DNA of 64,000 nt from Candidatus Latescibacterota bacterium (GCA_965204375.1 OZ241986.1:1344001-1408000); one strand, 5' to 3'; positions 1-10,905 are shown, counted from the stretch's first letter. The notes: generated from the letters alone by a model not told the origin. Numbers and translations: made by a program.

Positions 1-1
1 G

Positions 2-1933
2 CGCGTCGAGTTTCCCACGCGGGACGGCTGGACTCTGGCTTTGCTGCCCTCCGTAAAGAGCCCAATGCTGGAGCGACAGGGTGCGCCGAATGAGACGCTG
101 GTCTGGGTCTCAAACGACAAGCGCACCATCGGTCTGTCCGATGTCAGTGGGAGAGATTTCCGCGAAGTCCCGGTGAAGACCCACTCGGCTGACCCGGAGA
201 AGGATTACCTCAATGAGCCATTCTGGTGCAAGGGATGGGACGGCGGCTGGTACGTCGGCTACGTCCTCAACTGGCTTCCGCTGCACAATCAGATTCTCAA
301 GACTCCGGAGAACAGCATTAATCCCGGGCAGGTCTGGGCACTGCCGATTTACAGGAACGATCTCAGGGGACCGCTATACGTGACGGGCGGATTCGAGAAA
401 CTGCAAGGCATGAGGCTGGAAGACGGGTCGGTTGTGCAGCGGGCAGAGGCTTTAGTTGGCGGGCATAAGGCGATGGATGGATCCCTGCGCTACCGGATGG
501 ATGCATCCAAGGTCAATACGCTGGCTGTGGAGAACATTGAGACGGGGGAGGTGACGTATATCGGCTCATACCCGTGGATGGAGCACATCGAGTGGAGCCA
601 GAGTTGGGAGTTCGGGTCCATAAGGGGTGAACTGGCCCCGCAACCGCTTCTGTTCTTCGACCTGAAACACCGGGCGTTGTGGCCGATTGCTGTGATGAAT
701 TTCTACGACTACGGACAGCGGTTGAAGGACTACCGCGACGGCCAGAGGCTTGGCACGGAGCGGAAGGGGTACATCTTCTGGTCCGGCCAAACGAGCAGTC
801 CAGACGGGACCAAGGTGATCTATGCATCGGCCATGCTTGCCCACAGCATGCGCGACAAGGGAGATGTGTACATCGCGGTGGCCCGTTATCCACATCCGCC
901 TGTCAACGTGCGGTGTGAGGGGAAGCGTCTTGTCTGGGACCGACCGCTTCGCCACAGAGAGATCCGGGGATTCAATATCTACCGGTCCGATCGCAGCGGT
1001 GTGGGATACCAAAAGCTTCATTCGGAGACGGTAGAGGGGTTGAGCTATGAACTGTCTCGGGGAGACGAAGAGGGCTTCTATGTCCTGACCTCCGTGGAAC
1101 ACTCCGGGCTGGAGAGCCGCATGTTTTCCAACGAGGTGGTCGTGGGACCCGGCCGTACTGTACGCCATTTCTATGATGCCGAGACCGCGGAGTTCGAGCA
1201 GCCTCTGACGCCGGTTTTCGATCCCGAAGGGGCCGGGAATGGCTATGCCCTGGCGATCAAGGATCCAGACCTGCTCTACCGGGACCGTCTGCGGAAAGGG
1301 TTGCGGGGAGTTGGAAAACTTCAGATTTCGATTCCTTTCTCCCATTCGTACAGGATTTTTGGCCGCGTTCGATCTCTGTCAAAAAATGCACGCGGCTGTT
1401 TCAGCATCGAAGTAAGCGGTGTAGCCGCCGGCGATTTGGACGTTGAAAAACCGGTCTGGCACTGGGTGGAACTGAAAGGCGGTGTGGCGACGCTGTCTGC
1501 CGGGAACCTGACACTGCGGTTTGTTACTTCAAATGTTGATATCGCTCTGGACAAGGTTCTGGTGACCAACGATCTTGACTTCGAGCCGAGAGGAAAGGGC
1601 AACACGCCGATGGAACCGCCTTCAACGCCGTCCGAGATTCGAGTTGAAAAGGCCGATCCGTCTGATCCTGCGTCGCCGTATGTGAAACTGGTCTGGAACG
1701 CTTCGACTGCGCCGCAGGGGATTCGTTACTACAGCATCTACCGCAGTACAGCAGTGGATGTGACACCCGCCCAGGAAAATTTGATCGGAAGTTCGCGGGA
1801 GCCGGGTTTTGTGGATGTAGGCATAACGCACCCGAAGTATTATTACTGCGTTGTGGCGGTTGATAACTGGGGCAACCGTTCCCACCCTTCCGCGAAGATA
1901 GTTTTGACGACACGGGATTTCACGGACAAATAA
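2..1933 (+). CDS. Large hypothetical protein, 5'-partial; beta-propeller-like region, FN3-like repeats and a CBM-like module
   Basis: Frame is open from base 2, so the start lies off-window. Two FN3-like segments (GFNIYRS...FYVLTSVEHSGLES; YYSIYRS...YYCVVAVDNWGNRS); SPDGTKVIY is a TolB/PD40-like motif. Confidence 0.6.
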   Translation, partial: RVEFPTRDGWTLALLPSVKSPMLERQGAPNETLVWVSNDKRTIGLSDVSGRDFREVPVKTHSADPEKDYLNEPFWCKGWDGGWYVGYVLNWLPLHNQILKTPENSINPGQVWALPIYRNDLRGPLYVTGGFEKLQGMRLEDGSVVQRAEALVGGHKAMDGSLRYRMDASKVNTLAVENIETGEVTYIGSYPWMEHIEWSQSWEFGSIRGELAPQPLLFFDLKHRALWPIAVMNFYDYGQRLKDYRDGQRLGTERKGYIFWSGQTSSPDGTKVIYASAMLAHSMRDKGDVYIAVARYPHPPVNVRCEGKRLVWDRPLRHREIRGFNIYRSDRSGVGYQKLHSETVEGLSYELSRGDEEGFYVLTSVEHSGLESRMFSNEVVVGPGRTVRHFYDAETAEFEQPLTPVFDPEGAGNGYALAIKDPDLLYRDRLRKGLRGVGKLQISIPFSHSYRIFGRVRSLSKNARGCFSIEVSGVAAGDLDVEKPVWHWVELKGGVATLSAGNLTLRFVTSNVDIALDKVLVTNDLDFEPRGKGNTPMEPPSTPSEIRVEKADPSDPASPYVKLVWNASTAPQGIRYYSIYRSTAVDVTPAQENLIGSSREPGFVDVGITHPKYYYCVVAVDNWGNRSHPSAKIVLTTRDFTDK

Positions 1934-1986
1934 GAGTCCATTCTGCTTTACGTCGCTCGCAGGATTTTTTTCAGGAGGAGATTGCA

Positions 1987-3243
1987 ATGCGTTTTGGAAT
2001 TGCCTGTCGGGATATCGTTCCTCCGTTTCGCACGAGAATGTACGGGTATGGTGCGCGGATAGATCTCTACGAAGATGTCAACGACCCGTTGACGTTCACG
2101 GCCATTGTGCTGGAAGAGGGAAACCGCCGTGCGTTGTTGGGTGCTGCGGATCTGGGCACATTTCCGAGGCTCGATGAGTTGTCCGGCTTCTTAGACCAAC
2201 TCGGAGAGATCGTCGGGTGTCCAAGAGACCATATCATGCTGAACTGCTCGCACTCTCACGGAGCCGCGACAGTGTCGGATGAGCGATACAGAGAGTGGTT
2301 GTACGAAAAGGTCCGCGAAGCTGTGCAGGAGGCTTCGGAGAATGCGAATGAAGGCACGTTGTGGTACGGCGAAGGCAAGACGAGTTTGCCGTTGAACCGC
2401 CGCCCGGAGCGGGATGGTCAGGTCGTGAATGCGCCCAATCCGGGGGGTACGGTAGATGATCGCATGCGGCTCCTGGTCTTCAGGAAACCGACGGGAGAGA
2501 TCGCTGCGCTCGGGATGTCCGTGGCGTGTCATCCGGTTGCCACGGGGGCACAGCACTTGCTGACAGCGGAGTATCCCGGGGCCTGGAGGACTGCCTTCTC
2601 CAGAGCGTTTGGTCCGGATGTGACGCCGTTTTTTCTTCAGGGAGCGGGCGGAGATATACGGCCCCGACATGTAGCCGAAGGGGATCACTGGCGGGCGATG
2701 AAGCACGCCGAGCTTCCCGGCATGGGACAGGAGCTTTTGAGGGAGATGCTGAAGATCCTCTTGGAAGCGGACTTCAAACAGATCGACAATCTGACACTTA
2801 CGGGCAAGATCAATCGGGTTGAGGCGCCCTGCCAGAGGCTTTATACCACGCGAGAGGACCTCGAGTTGCTGAGGGAACGGGATGGTAGATTTGGTTCTTA
2901 TGCGGAGAAATGTCTCCAGCATCTCAATGCAGGAGAGGAAGTTCCAGCCCAGGCGGAGTTTCACGTTCAGACCCTCTGGTTGAATAGGGAATTCGCCCTG
3001 ATCGGCCTCGACGCCGAGCCGCTCCACGATCTGGGTCTGGCCATAGAGGATTCTGTTTCCCCCAGGCAGGCGTTGTTCCTGGGATATACGAACGGCTGTA
3101 TTGGCTATGCAATGGACGGAAAGGAGACAGAACGGGGGGGCGGTACGGAGATCGGTACCTATCTTTTTAGAGGGTGGTCGGGGCCTCCTGAGCCGGGCCT
3201 TGAGAAAGTCCTGGCTGACGCTGTTGTGAACGAGTCCGGATGA
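1987..3243 (+). CDS. Neutral/alkaline ceramidase N-terminal-domain family protein (paralog 1)
   Basis: AGGAGGAG RBS; motifs DIVPP...MYGYGAR, NCSHSHGA, ACHPV, FLQGAGGD, GYTNG typical of bacterial ceramidase-like hydrolases. Confidence 0.75.
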   Translation: MRFGIACRDIVPPFRTRMYGYGARIDLYEDVNDPLTFTAIVLEEGNRRALLGAADLGTFPRLDELSGFLDQLGEIVGCPRDHIMLNCSHSHGAATVSDERYREWLYEKVREAVQEASENANEGTLWYGEGKTSLPLNRRPERDGQVVNAPNPGGTVDDRMRLLVFRKPTGEIAALGMSVACHPVATGAQHLLTAEYPGAWRTAFSRAFGPDVTPFFLQGAGGDIRPRHVAEGDHWRAMKHAELPGMGQELLREMLKILLEADFKQIDNLTLTGKINRVEAPCQRLYTTREDLELLRERDGRFGSYAEKCLQHLNAGEEVPAQAEFHVQTLWLNREFALIGLDAEPLHDLGLAIEDSVSPRQALFLGYTNGCIGYAMDGKETERGGGTEIGTYLFRGWSGPPEPGLEKVLADAVVNESG

Positions 3244-3265
3244 CAATAAACGAGGAGAAAATGCC

Positions 3266-4561
3266 ATGCGTTTCGGTATTGGCCGCAGAGATATTACCCC
3301 GCCGCTTTACACTTATATGCACGGGTACGCGGCAAGGCGGGATACGAATGATGGGGTGAACGATCCCTTGACGTTTACAGCGATTGTGATGGAAGAGGGG
3401 GGGCAGCGCGCACTATTGGGTGCTGCGGACATCTGCACATTTCCGAATGACGGGAGTATGCCGGGCTTTCTGGAGCAGGTTGGGAAGGCGATTGGATGTC
3501 CGGCGGACAGTGTGATGCTCAATGCCTCGCACACCCACGGGGGACCGAGGATGCCGAGTTCTTCTCTGTACTGGAGGGGCTTTTCTTCGCGAACGGTAGA
3601 GGAGTACAGGGACCAACTCTACGCGCAGGTGCTGGAGGCTGCCCGTGAGGCTGCGGACAATCTGGTGGAAGGGAGCCTCTGGTATGGGGAGGGGAAGACA
3701 CGACTGCCAATGAACCGACGTCCGGAGCGGGATGGCCGGGTTGTAAACGCGCCGAATCCGGACGGGCCAGTAGATGATCGGATGCAACTTCTGCTTTTCA
3801 GAAAGGCCACGGGGGAAGCGGCGGCGGTGGGAGTCAAAGTATCGTGCCATCCAGTTGCCACAGGTGCGCAACATTTGATCACGGCAGATTGGCCGGGGGC
3901 ATGGCGCGCGGCATTTTCCAGTGTGTTTGGCCCCGATGTGATACCGTTTTTCCTGCAAGGAGCGGGCGCGGATGCACGCCCCCGACATGTGGCCGAGGGA
4001 GACCACTGGCGAGTGATGAAGCACGCTGAACTCGCCGAGATTGGCGATGAACTGCTGGCGGAGACTCTGGCGATCCTCACGGGGATAAATCTCCGTCCGG
4101 TAGATAATCTGACGCTGGAAGGGAAGATTAACGTTGTACAGGCTCCCTGTGAGAGGCAATATACCACCCGGGAACAGCTCGAATCCTTAAAGGGCGAAGG
4201 CGGGCTCCTGCAGCAATATGCGGAAGCAGGGCTGGAGCGCATGGATAAGGGAGAAGAGATCCCCGATCAGGTGGCGTTTCGGGTTCAGACCCTGTGGTTG
4301 AATCGGGATATGGCTCTGATCGGTCTGGATGTGGAGCCACTTTGTGGCCTGGCGAAGACAGTTGAGGCGGCGGTTGCGCCAGCACAGGCGGTTCTTCTGG
4401 GATATACGAATGGCTGTATTGGCTATACCCCCGATACGGAGGAGATGAAGCGCGGGGGGTACGAAACCGGTAGCTATCTGCCCAATGTGTGGTCTGGACC
4501 ATTGATGTCGGGGCTTGAAGATCTGTTTGCGAGTGCTGTCGTTCTTCATGCGGGAAGTTAG
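3266..4561 (+). CDS. Neutral/alkaline ceramidase N-terminal-domain family protein (paralog 2)
   Basis: GAGGAG RBS; NASHTHGG, SCHPV, FLQGAGAD, GYTNGCIGY, GGYE; clearly homologous to the upstream ORF. Confidence 0.75.
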   Translation: MRFGIGRRDITPPLYTYMHGYAARRDTNDGVNDPLTFTAIVMEEGGQRALLGAADICTFPNDGSMPGFLEQVGKAIGCPADSVMLNASHTHGGPRMPSSSLYWRGFSSRTVEEYRDQLYAQVLEAAREAADNLVEGSLWYGEGKTRLPMNRRPERDGRVVNAPNPDGPVDDRMQLLLFRKATGEAAAVGVKVSCHPVATGAQHLITADWPGAWRAAFSSVFGPDVIPFFLQGAGADARPRHVAEGDHWRVMKHAELAEIGDELLAETLAILTGINLRPVDNLTLEGKINVVQAPCERQYTTREQLESLKGEGGLLQQYAEAGLERMDKGEEIPDQVAFRVQTLWLNRDMALIGLDVEPLCGLAKTVEAAVAPAQAVLLGYTNGCIGYTPDTEEMKRGGYETGSYLPNVWSGPLMSGLEDLFASAVVLHAGS

Positions 4562-4590
4562 AAACCCCTGTCAGATAGGAGAATTGATTG

Positions 4591-5757
4591 ATGAAGATCA
4601 CTGAAGTGGAACCCATCCTGCTCACGGTTGATATGCCGGAAGAGCATCCTTTGCGGTGGTCGGGAGGAGAAGCTGCCAGTGTGAATTGCGCGTTGGTGAG
4701 GGTGCATACCGACGAAGGCATCACCGGTCTGGGAGATTGCTACGGGTCCGGGTTTGTCGCGGGTGAGGCCACGGCCGAGTTGTTTCGCCTGTTCGGGCAG
4801 TTTCTCCAGGGCAAAGACCCACGAGATGTGGCCGGGTGTTACGAGATGATGTACCGCCGCATCCTGTACTGGGGGCGGTCCGGGCTGGCGGTAGCAGCGG
4901 CCAGTGCGTTGGAGAACGCCTTGTGGGATATTGCGGGGAAAGCGGCCAGCGTGCCGGCATATCGCCTGCTGGGCGGGTTGTGCCACGAGAAGCTGCCAAT
5001 TTATGCCAGCGGCGGTCTGGAGCAGCCTCTGGAGGATCTGAAAGCAGAGATGAGGGCGCACTTGAAGGCGGGATTTCGGGCTGTGAAGATGCGTATTGGC
5101 GTGAATCGGGAACACGATCTGGAACGGGTAGCCGCATGCCGAGAGGTGCTGGGACCGGAGGTGAAGCTGATGGCGGACGCGGTGATGGGACACAATCCGG
5201 ATCCGTGGACAGCGGCGGAAGCGGTGCGGGTAGCGAAGGCTTTAGAGCCTTACGATCTGTTCTGGCTGGAGGAGCCTTGTTTTGCTGCGGACTACGAGGG
5301 CTATGCCCACGTCCGCCGAAATACCTGTATTCCCATTTCGGGCGGCGAGAGTTCGTGTATGCGGTATGAGTTCAAACATTTTTTTGAGCGTCAGGCACTG
5401 GATGTGGCCCAGCCGGATGCGTGCCAGGCAGGGGGTATCTTAGAGTGTATAAAGATAGCTGCGATGGCCGATGCGTGTGGTGTAAAAGTGGCACCCCATG
5501 CCTGGGGGACTTCGATTACGGTCGCTGCCAACCTGGCCTGGGCGTTTGTCACGCCCAATACCGTGCTTGCCGAGTATCCGACCTGGCATTTTCCGCTCAC
5601 AGACGCGCTATTTGTGGAAAAACCGCGGATTGAAGATGGGATGGTTTATCCTCCAACAACGCCTGGACTGGGAGTGGAACTTCCGAAAGAGTTGGAGGAA
5701 AAATACCGGTACCGACCAGAGGCTTCCAGGCTGGATATGCGGAGAGAAAGAAAATGA
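4591..5757 (+). CDS. Mandelate racemase/muconate lactonizing enzyme family (enolase superfamily, probable acid-sugar dehydratase)
   Basis: ALWDIAGK, KMR, metal ligands D / WLEEP / GGE, QPD, APH motifs. Confidence 0.9.
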   Translation: MKITEVEPILLTVDMPEEHPLRWSGGEAASVNCALVRVHTDEGITGLGDCYGSGFVAGEATAELFRLFGQFLQGKDPRDVAGCYEMMYRRILYWGRSGLAVAAASALENALWDIAGKAASVPAYRLLGGLCHEKLPIYASGGLEQPLEDLKAEMRAHLKAGFRAVKMRIGVNREHDLERVAACREVLGPEVKLMADAVMGHNPDPWTAAEAVRVAKALEPYDLFWLEEPCFAADYEGYAHVRRNTCIPISGGESSCMRYEFKHFFERQALDVAQPDACQAGGILECIKIAAMADACGVKVAPHAWGTSITVAANLAWAFVTPNTVLAEYPTWHFPLTDALFVEKPRIEDGMVYPPTTPGLGVELPKELEEKYRYRPEASRLDMRRERK

Positions 5758-8700
5758 AATTTGGTGCTGTAACCCACGCTGTTGGGCATCTATGCGCGTT
5801 GTTAGGGGTGATGCTTGTGTGGGCGTGTTCTGGTCAGGTGAAGGAGGTGCTGGAGATGGTGCAACCCAATGTGGTTCCCAATGGGGGATTTGAGGCCGAT
5901 ACCGACGGTATGCCCGAGGGATGGGAACTGGATGTGGATTCAGACGATTTTTTGCTTACAGGTAAATTATCTACCAACTCCCATTCAGGTCGGTACAGTT
6001 TTTGCATTGAGAAGGGCATGGGCCGACGGGGCACAGACCTGCGTTCTCCACACTTTGATCTCAAGCCGGATGCCGCGTATGAGATAAGTGTCTGGCTGAG
6101 GATGGACAGTCGGTTTCCAAAGGATACAGTTCGCATGCAGGTGCGCGCCAACACCCACAGCGAGTTATTCGATTTGAGCGTGGGGAGGAGTTGGCGGAAA
6201 TCTGCGGTTATATTCCGCACAGAGTCCGGGACCACTTCGGGACGCATTCAGTTTGATCAACTCGGCGGGCTGGCCGAGCGGCTCTACATAGATGATGTGG
6301 AGGTTAGGGAGACAGAAGCCGAAGATGACAGGCCTCCTATTCAGAAAACAGATCTTTCTGAGTTTGTGTTTCCCAGTGACCGTCCGCGTTTGGAGCATAG
6401 TGCGGAAGAGATTGAGGAGATCAAACGGTCTATGCAAGGGCGTGATATTCGCGAGCACGCGTGGGTGAAAAATGCAGACCCGTGGCTGGAGAAACAGCTA
6501 CATTTTTTCGAGGAAGGGTACGATTTCCAAAAATACTGGACAATCGGGCGCCATTGTCCGGTAGATGTGAGGCTTCTCGAGCCGATTATACATCCCGATG
6601 GGACGACCGAGATGCAATGCCCGGTGTGTGATCGTATCTATCGGAACGAGGAACACAGGGCGTGTGCGCGTGCGATGTACAACGAACAGATGGCGCGCGG
6701 TGCAGGCTGGCTGGGTAAGGCTTATGCGCTCACCGGCGATGTGCGGTATGCCCGCCGGGCTGCGGAGATTCTGGTGGGGTTTGCCGGGCGCTACAAACAA
6801 TGGGGTGGGGGTGGTCACGCGGTGCTCTATATGCTGCGGGAGTCTAATGGGTTTCTCATTCCCTGCACAACGGCGTACGATTATATCTATGACAGCGGTG
6901 TTTTATCAGCGGAAGACCACCGGAAGATCGAAGAAGATTTCTTCCGAGTGGCCGGTGAGTATTATTCAAACCACGCCGATACAAATGGTCGGATGAACAA
7001 CCGGGGGGCGATCCACAATCGGAATGTAATGGCTATTGGGTCAGCCATAAACGACAGGGGATTTGTAGATCAAGCGCTCAATAGCACGCATTCGGGATTT
7101 CACACACTGGCGGCGCGCATATTCGATCCGGACGGCCTGGCGTGGGAGGGATTCGGTTACCATACCTACACACTGGTCGGCCTTTCTCCCATTGCTGAGA
7201 TGGCGTACCGGATCGGGATCAATGTCTATGATGATCCCGCGTACCGCAAGGTGTTTGAGGCGCCGCTGCAGGTGTTTTTCCCCGGAGAGGTAGATCCGGA
7301 ATCTCGTCATAGCCTGTTGGACGTGTATGAGATTGCTTGTCGAAGGTTTTCCGAATTGGGGAAGGCGATAGAGTTTCCGTTCGACAAGGAGGATAGGGTT
7401 AAGGTCATTCCCTCCTCATCGTTCAATTTCAAGCATTTTGGGTATGGGGTGCTGCGGTCGGGAGAGGGAGAGGATCAGATCTATCTCTCGATGAGCTATG
7501 GCAAAGAGGCGATGTTTATGGGGCATGCTCCCGCGCTGAAGTTCGCGTTGGTACTCTATGCGAACCGCCGGTTGCTGACCCCAAGGGGGATGCCTTCAGG
7601 TTATGGGCATCCGTTGACCGGGGGATGGTCCCGCAATCCTCTGGCGCACAATTCCATCACGGCCGATGACACGGATCAGTGGGGCCGCACGGAAGGCAAG
7701 TTGATCGCCTTTGAAGCGGCTCCCCGCGTGAAGCTGATGCGGGCAGTGGATAACGGCGCCTATGGGGATATCGCCCTGGATAGGACGCTGTTTCTCACAG
7801 ACGGGTACGCGGTGGACCTTTCGGGCGCATATGCCGAGAGCGAACGGCACCGGTATGACCTGTGCTACCGGAGCTTCGGGGAGTTGAGTTGCCCACTGCC
7901 GTTCGAGGGCCGAGAGGAGCCTCTGGGCGTGGGGTACGGATATCAGTACCTGACGGATGTACGGAGCAAGCGTACCGATGAGACGTGGTCCGCAGATTGG
8001 CGTCAGGCCGAGGACAGCGCAGTCAGACTTACCGTTGTAGGCGGGTCTGAGACGGAGGTGATCGCCTGCACCTCCCCGAGCAATACGGACCGGGACGACG
8101 ATGTGAATGCCCTAATTGCCCGTCGGTCAGCGCAAAGGACAGTGTTCACCGCGGTGTGGGAGCCTTATCGGGAAAAGCCATTTCTGTCGCGGATCGTGTC
8201 CTTGCCGGTGAAAGATAAGGGAAATGGGTCGGATCAGGTCGGAGGCGTTGGAGTCGAGGTGATCGGGAATGGTTCAGAGGCCACCGAGTGTTTTCTGGCT
8301 TCTTACACTCCTGGGGTAAAGAGGTACGGTGATATTGAACTTGACGGAAAGGTGGCTGCCGGCCGATGGGGAGATAGTGGGGAAGAGCCGGCTTATGTTT
8401 ATCTGGTGAACGGCGTTTTGCTCAGGCGGAACTCGCATTCGGTAGAGGCCAGCGCGCCAGCTTCAATTTACGTCGAGCGATTGGCCGGGGATCGGCTTCT
8501 GGTGAAAACCGGGGACAATGGCGCTGGCAGGATAGCGATTGAAGGCAGGCTGTCGGATGAAGTTAAAGTAGAGTGGGATGGCGAGGAGGTGGAGACAGAG
8601 GTCGGGGATGCGGTCGTTTTTGAGGTGGCGGCGCAGACGTCCTACGAACTTTCTGGCGTGGAAGAATGGAAGCGCGTAAGGCTGGCGTGTGACGCTCAGG

Positions 8701-9335
8701 TAGCAGGAGTGGAAGCGGTAGAGGATGCGCTCGAAAGTGGGATGGAAATGCCCCCAGCAGAGGATGGTTCGCTTGCGGGAAATAACAAGATTGCCAATGC
8801 GGGATTTGAGGTCAACTACAAGACGCACGCAGAAGCAGAAGACCCCTGGGAGTGCTGGAATTCATACTACTGGGCAAAGTTTCGTCCTGCATATCATTAC
8901 GATAGTGAGGGGGTGCATAGCGGAACGTATTCGCTCAAGATCCCGCGGGAAAACTGGGCAAATGAAGCGACGCGAGACGGGTGGATCGAGCAGAAGGTTT
9001 CCAGTTCTGGAGCGAACAAGACATATACGCTTTCCGCCTGGGTTAAGTCGAGTCTGAATCCGACGCGTGTGAGGCTGTGCATCTACGGCTGGGACCCGAT
9101 GTGGGGGAGGGATTTCGATGGCGGCGTGTCGCCCCGGTTTGAGGTGGGTACAGAGTGGCAGCGCATCAGTTGGACGCGGAGCTTTGGTCCGGAGATCGCA
9201 GATGTGTATGTGATGGTGAAGCGAGAGCATCAGGTGCTGGGTGGAGATGTGTGGATTGACGATGTGCAATTGGAAGAGGGTGGTAAGGCGACGGCGTTTG
9301 TCCCGGATGCGTGGACAGAGGCGGCGCAGAGGTAG
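5754..9335 (+). CDS. Secreted heparinase II/III-like or alginate-lyase-like polysaccharide lyase with N- and C-terminal CBM4/9-like domains
   Basis: Signal or lipoprotein-like N-terminus (LVWAC); two NxGFE...xxxDDVxL/V CBM modules; DGLAWEGFGYH, GH, AHNSI motifs of the HepII/III fold. Confidence 0.75.
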   Translation: MKFGAVTHAVGHLCALLGVMLVWACSGQVKEVLEMVQPNVVPNGGFEADTDGMPEGWELDVDSDDFLLTGKLSTNSHSGRYSFCIEKGMGRRGTDLRSPHFDLKPDAAYEISVWLRMDSRFPKDTVRMQVRANTHSELFDLSVGRSWRKSAVIFRTESGTTSGRIQFDQLGGLAERLYIDDVEVRETEAEDDRPPIQKTDLSEFVFPSDRPRLEHSAEEIEEIKRSMQGRDIREHAWVKNADPWLEKQLHFFEEGYDFQKYWTIGRHCPVDVRLLEPIIHPDGTTEMQCPVCDRIYRNEEHRACARAMYNEQMARGAGWLGKAYALTGDVRYARRAAEILVGFAGRYKQWGGGGHAVLYMLRESNGFLIPCTTAYDYIYDSGVLSAEDHRKIEEDFFRVAGEYYSNHADTNGRMNNRGAIHNRNVMAIGSAINDRGFVDQALNSTHSGFHTLAARIFDPDGLAWEGFGYHTYTLVGLSPIAEMAYRIGINVYDDPAYRKVFEAPLQVFFPGEVDPESRHSLLDVYEIACRRFSELGKAIEFPFDKEDRVKVIPSSSFNFKHFGYGVLRSGEGEDQIYLSMSYGKEAMFMGHAPALKFALVLYANRRLLTPRGMPSGYGHPLTGGWSRNPLAHNSITADDTDQWGRTEGKLIAFEAAPRVKLMRAVDNGAYGDIALDRTLFLTDGYAVDLSGAYAESERHRYDLCYRSFGELSCPLPFEGREEPLGVGYGYQYLTDVRSKRTDETWSADWRQAEDSAVRLTVVGGSETEVIACTSPSNTDRDDDVNALIARRSAQRTVFTAVWEPYREKPFLSRIVSLPVKDKGNGSDQVGGVGVEVIGNGSEATECFLASYTPGVKRYGDIELDGKVAAGRWGDSGEEPAYVYLVNGVLLRRNSHSVEASAPASIYVERLAGDRLLVKTGDNGAGRIAIEGRLSDEVKVEWDGEEVETEVGDAVVFEVAAQTSYELSGVEEWKRVRLACDAQVAGVEAVEDALESGMEMPPAEDGSLAGNNKIANAGFEVNYKTHAEAEDPWECWNSYYWAKFRPAYHYDSEGVHSGTYSLKIPRENWANEATRDGWIEQKVSSSGANKTYTLSAWVKSSLNPTRVRLCIYGWDPMWGRDFDGGVSPRFEVGTEWQRISWTRSFGPEIADVYVMVKREHQVLGGDVWIDDVQLEEGGKATAFVPDAWTEAAQR

Positions 9336-9396
9336 ATCCCGGGTGGACCGAGATTGTGGCTGAATACTGATCGTACAACGGCCGGAGAGATAATCT

Positions 9397-9939
9397 GTGG
9401 ATGAAGGACGTGTGATCAAAAAGTGGAACAGCGGCGGTGGAGAATACGCGATGCGCACAGCACGTTGGAGCGATCTGGCATCCTATGGAGCGATGCACCG
9501 CGAGTTGTATCAAGAGCGGGTAATGGCGAGTCCGAGGGACGCCGATACCCGGGTTGCAGGAGAAGAACTCGGCAGGAGACTTACGGACATGGCCTGCGGC
9601 ACAGGTGTGCTACTGGTCGTGGAGACGGATGAGCGGATCGTGGGAGAGGGAACGCTTCAGCGCTCCAACGGAGACGGTTCGATTACTCTGGGGCTGCTGA
9701 TTCTCAAGGATTTTCGCGATAAGGGAATCGGACGGCGGTTGATGGGTGCGCTGGAAGACGAGGCGCGCCGGCTCGGCAAACAGCGGATTGATCTGACGGT
9801 CTGGAGTGTCAACGCGCGCGGCTATCACCTTTACACCAGCATGGGCTACCGGGAAATCGGACGGTTTCCGGATTGGATTCGCTCGGATCTCGCGCTGGGC
9901 GGGACATCCGACCTGGTGTGGATGTTGAAGGACTTGTAG
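9397..9939 (+). CDS. GNAT family N-acetyltransferase
   Basis: FRDKGIGRRL acetyl-CoA motif A; N..GYHLYTSMGY motif B. Confidence 0.85.
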   Translation: MDEGRVIKKWNSGGGEYAMRTARWSDLASYGAMHRELYQERVMASPRDADTRVAGEELGRRLTDMACGTGVLLVVETDERIVGEGTLQRSNGDGSITLGLLILKDFRDKGIGRRLMGALEDEARRLGKQRIDLTVWSVNARGYHLYTSMGYREIGRFPDWIRSDLALGGTSDLVWMLKDL

Positions 9940-9979
9940 GTTTGGAGGAAGATAAAAGGCTCTATATAAGGGAGATAGT

Positions 9980-10855
9980 ATGAAAAAGGGCATCGTCATT
10001 CGCGCATTTTCCGGGAATCCGGACTTTCTGGGAGACGTCGGTTTTCTGAGTGGTGCAGGCGATTTTTCGCGCTGCTTTGACCGGGCCGTAGAGGCGGGTT
10101 TCGAAGCTGTGCAGCTCTACGCCGACCACGAGGGCTATTTTTCGCTGGCCTCCGATCTAAAGGTAGCCGATGAGATCGCGAAGCGGGCGGAGAAGGCCGG
10201 TGTGGCACTCGCCAGTCTGGAGATCGCCCCGTTTTCCTACCTCTTCACCGATCCTAACCCGGAAGTCAGAGAAAAAGCAGAGCGGACCGTCCGCCGTGCG
10301 CTGGAGATCGCATCGGCAATGGGTATGCCGGGTGTGCTGGTCATCCCGGGCTATGTGGGGTTGCCCTGGGATCCTTCTGCGGAACTGGTCCCCTACGAAG
10401 AGGCGTACGACCGCACGAAGGCCGGTCTGCTCGCCGTTGCATCCGACGCCGAGCGTCTGGAGACACATGTGCTGGTTGAGAATGTCTGGAACAGAATGCT
10501 TATGACGCCCCTCGAAATGCGTAGCTTGATTGACGATATAGGCAGCGATTACGTAAATGTGCTCTTAGATACGGGCAATGTGGTGCTTTTCGGGTATCCC
10601 GAACAGTGGATTCGCTTGCTGGGCGAACGGGTGAAGGAGGTGCATTTTAAGGATTTCAGAGCAAATGTCGGGACCATTGATGGGTTTGTACAGCTTCTGG
10701 AAGGGGATGTGAACTGGCCGGAGGTGATGGCTGCTTTGAATGAGGTGGGATTTGATGGCTTTGTGACGGCTGAAATGTTTCCCTACAAGTATCACGGCGA
10801 TGTGGTCCTCAGTCATACGTCGGCGGGTATGGACGCCATTCTGGAGAGAGTTTGA
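9980..10855 (+). CDS. Sugar phosphate isomerase/epimerase (xylose-isomerase-like TIM barrel)
   Basis: VENVW, DTGN, VHFKD, GDVNW, TAE metal ligands. Confidence 0.85.
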   Translation: MKKGIVIRAFSGNPDFLGDVGFLSGAGDFSRCFDRAVEAGFEAVQLYADHEGYFSLASDLKVADEIAKRAEKAGVALASLEIAPFSYLFTDPNPEVREKAERTVRRALEIASAMGMPGVLVIPGYVGLPWDPSAELVPYEEAYDRTKAGLLAVASDAERLETHVLVENVWNRMLMTPLEMRSLIDDIGSDYVNVLLDTGNVVLFGYPEQWIRLLGERVKEVHFKDFRANVGTIDGFVQLLEGDVNWPEVMAALNEVGFDGFVTAEMFPYKYHGDVVLSHTSAGMDAILERV

Positions 10856-10905
10856 ACTGTGAGCGAAAAAGTCAAAATCGGACTGATAAAGATAAGGAGT
10901 AATCG

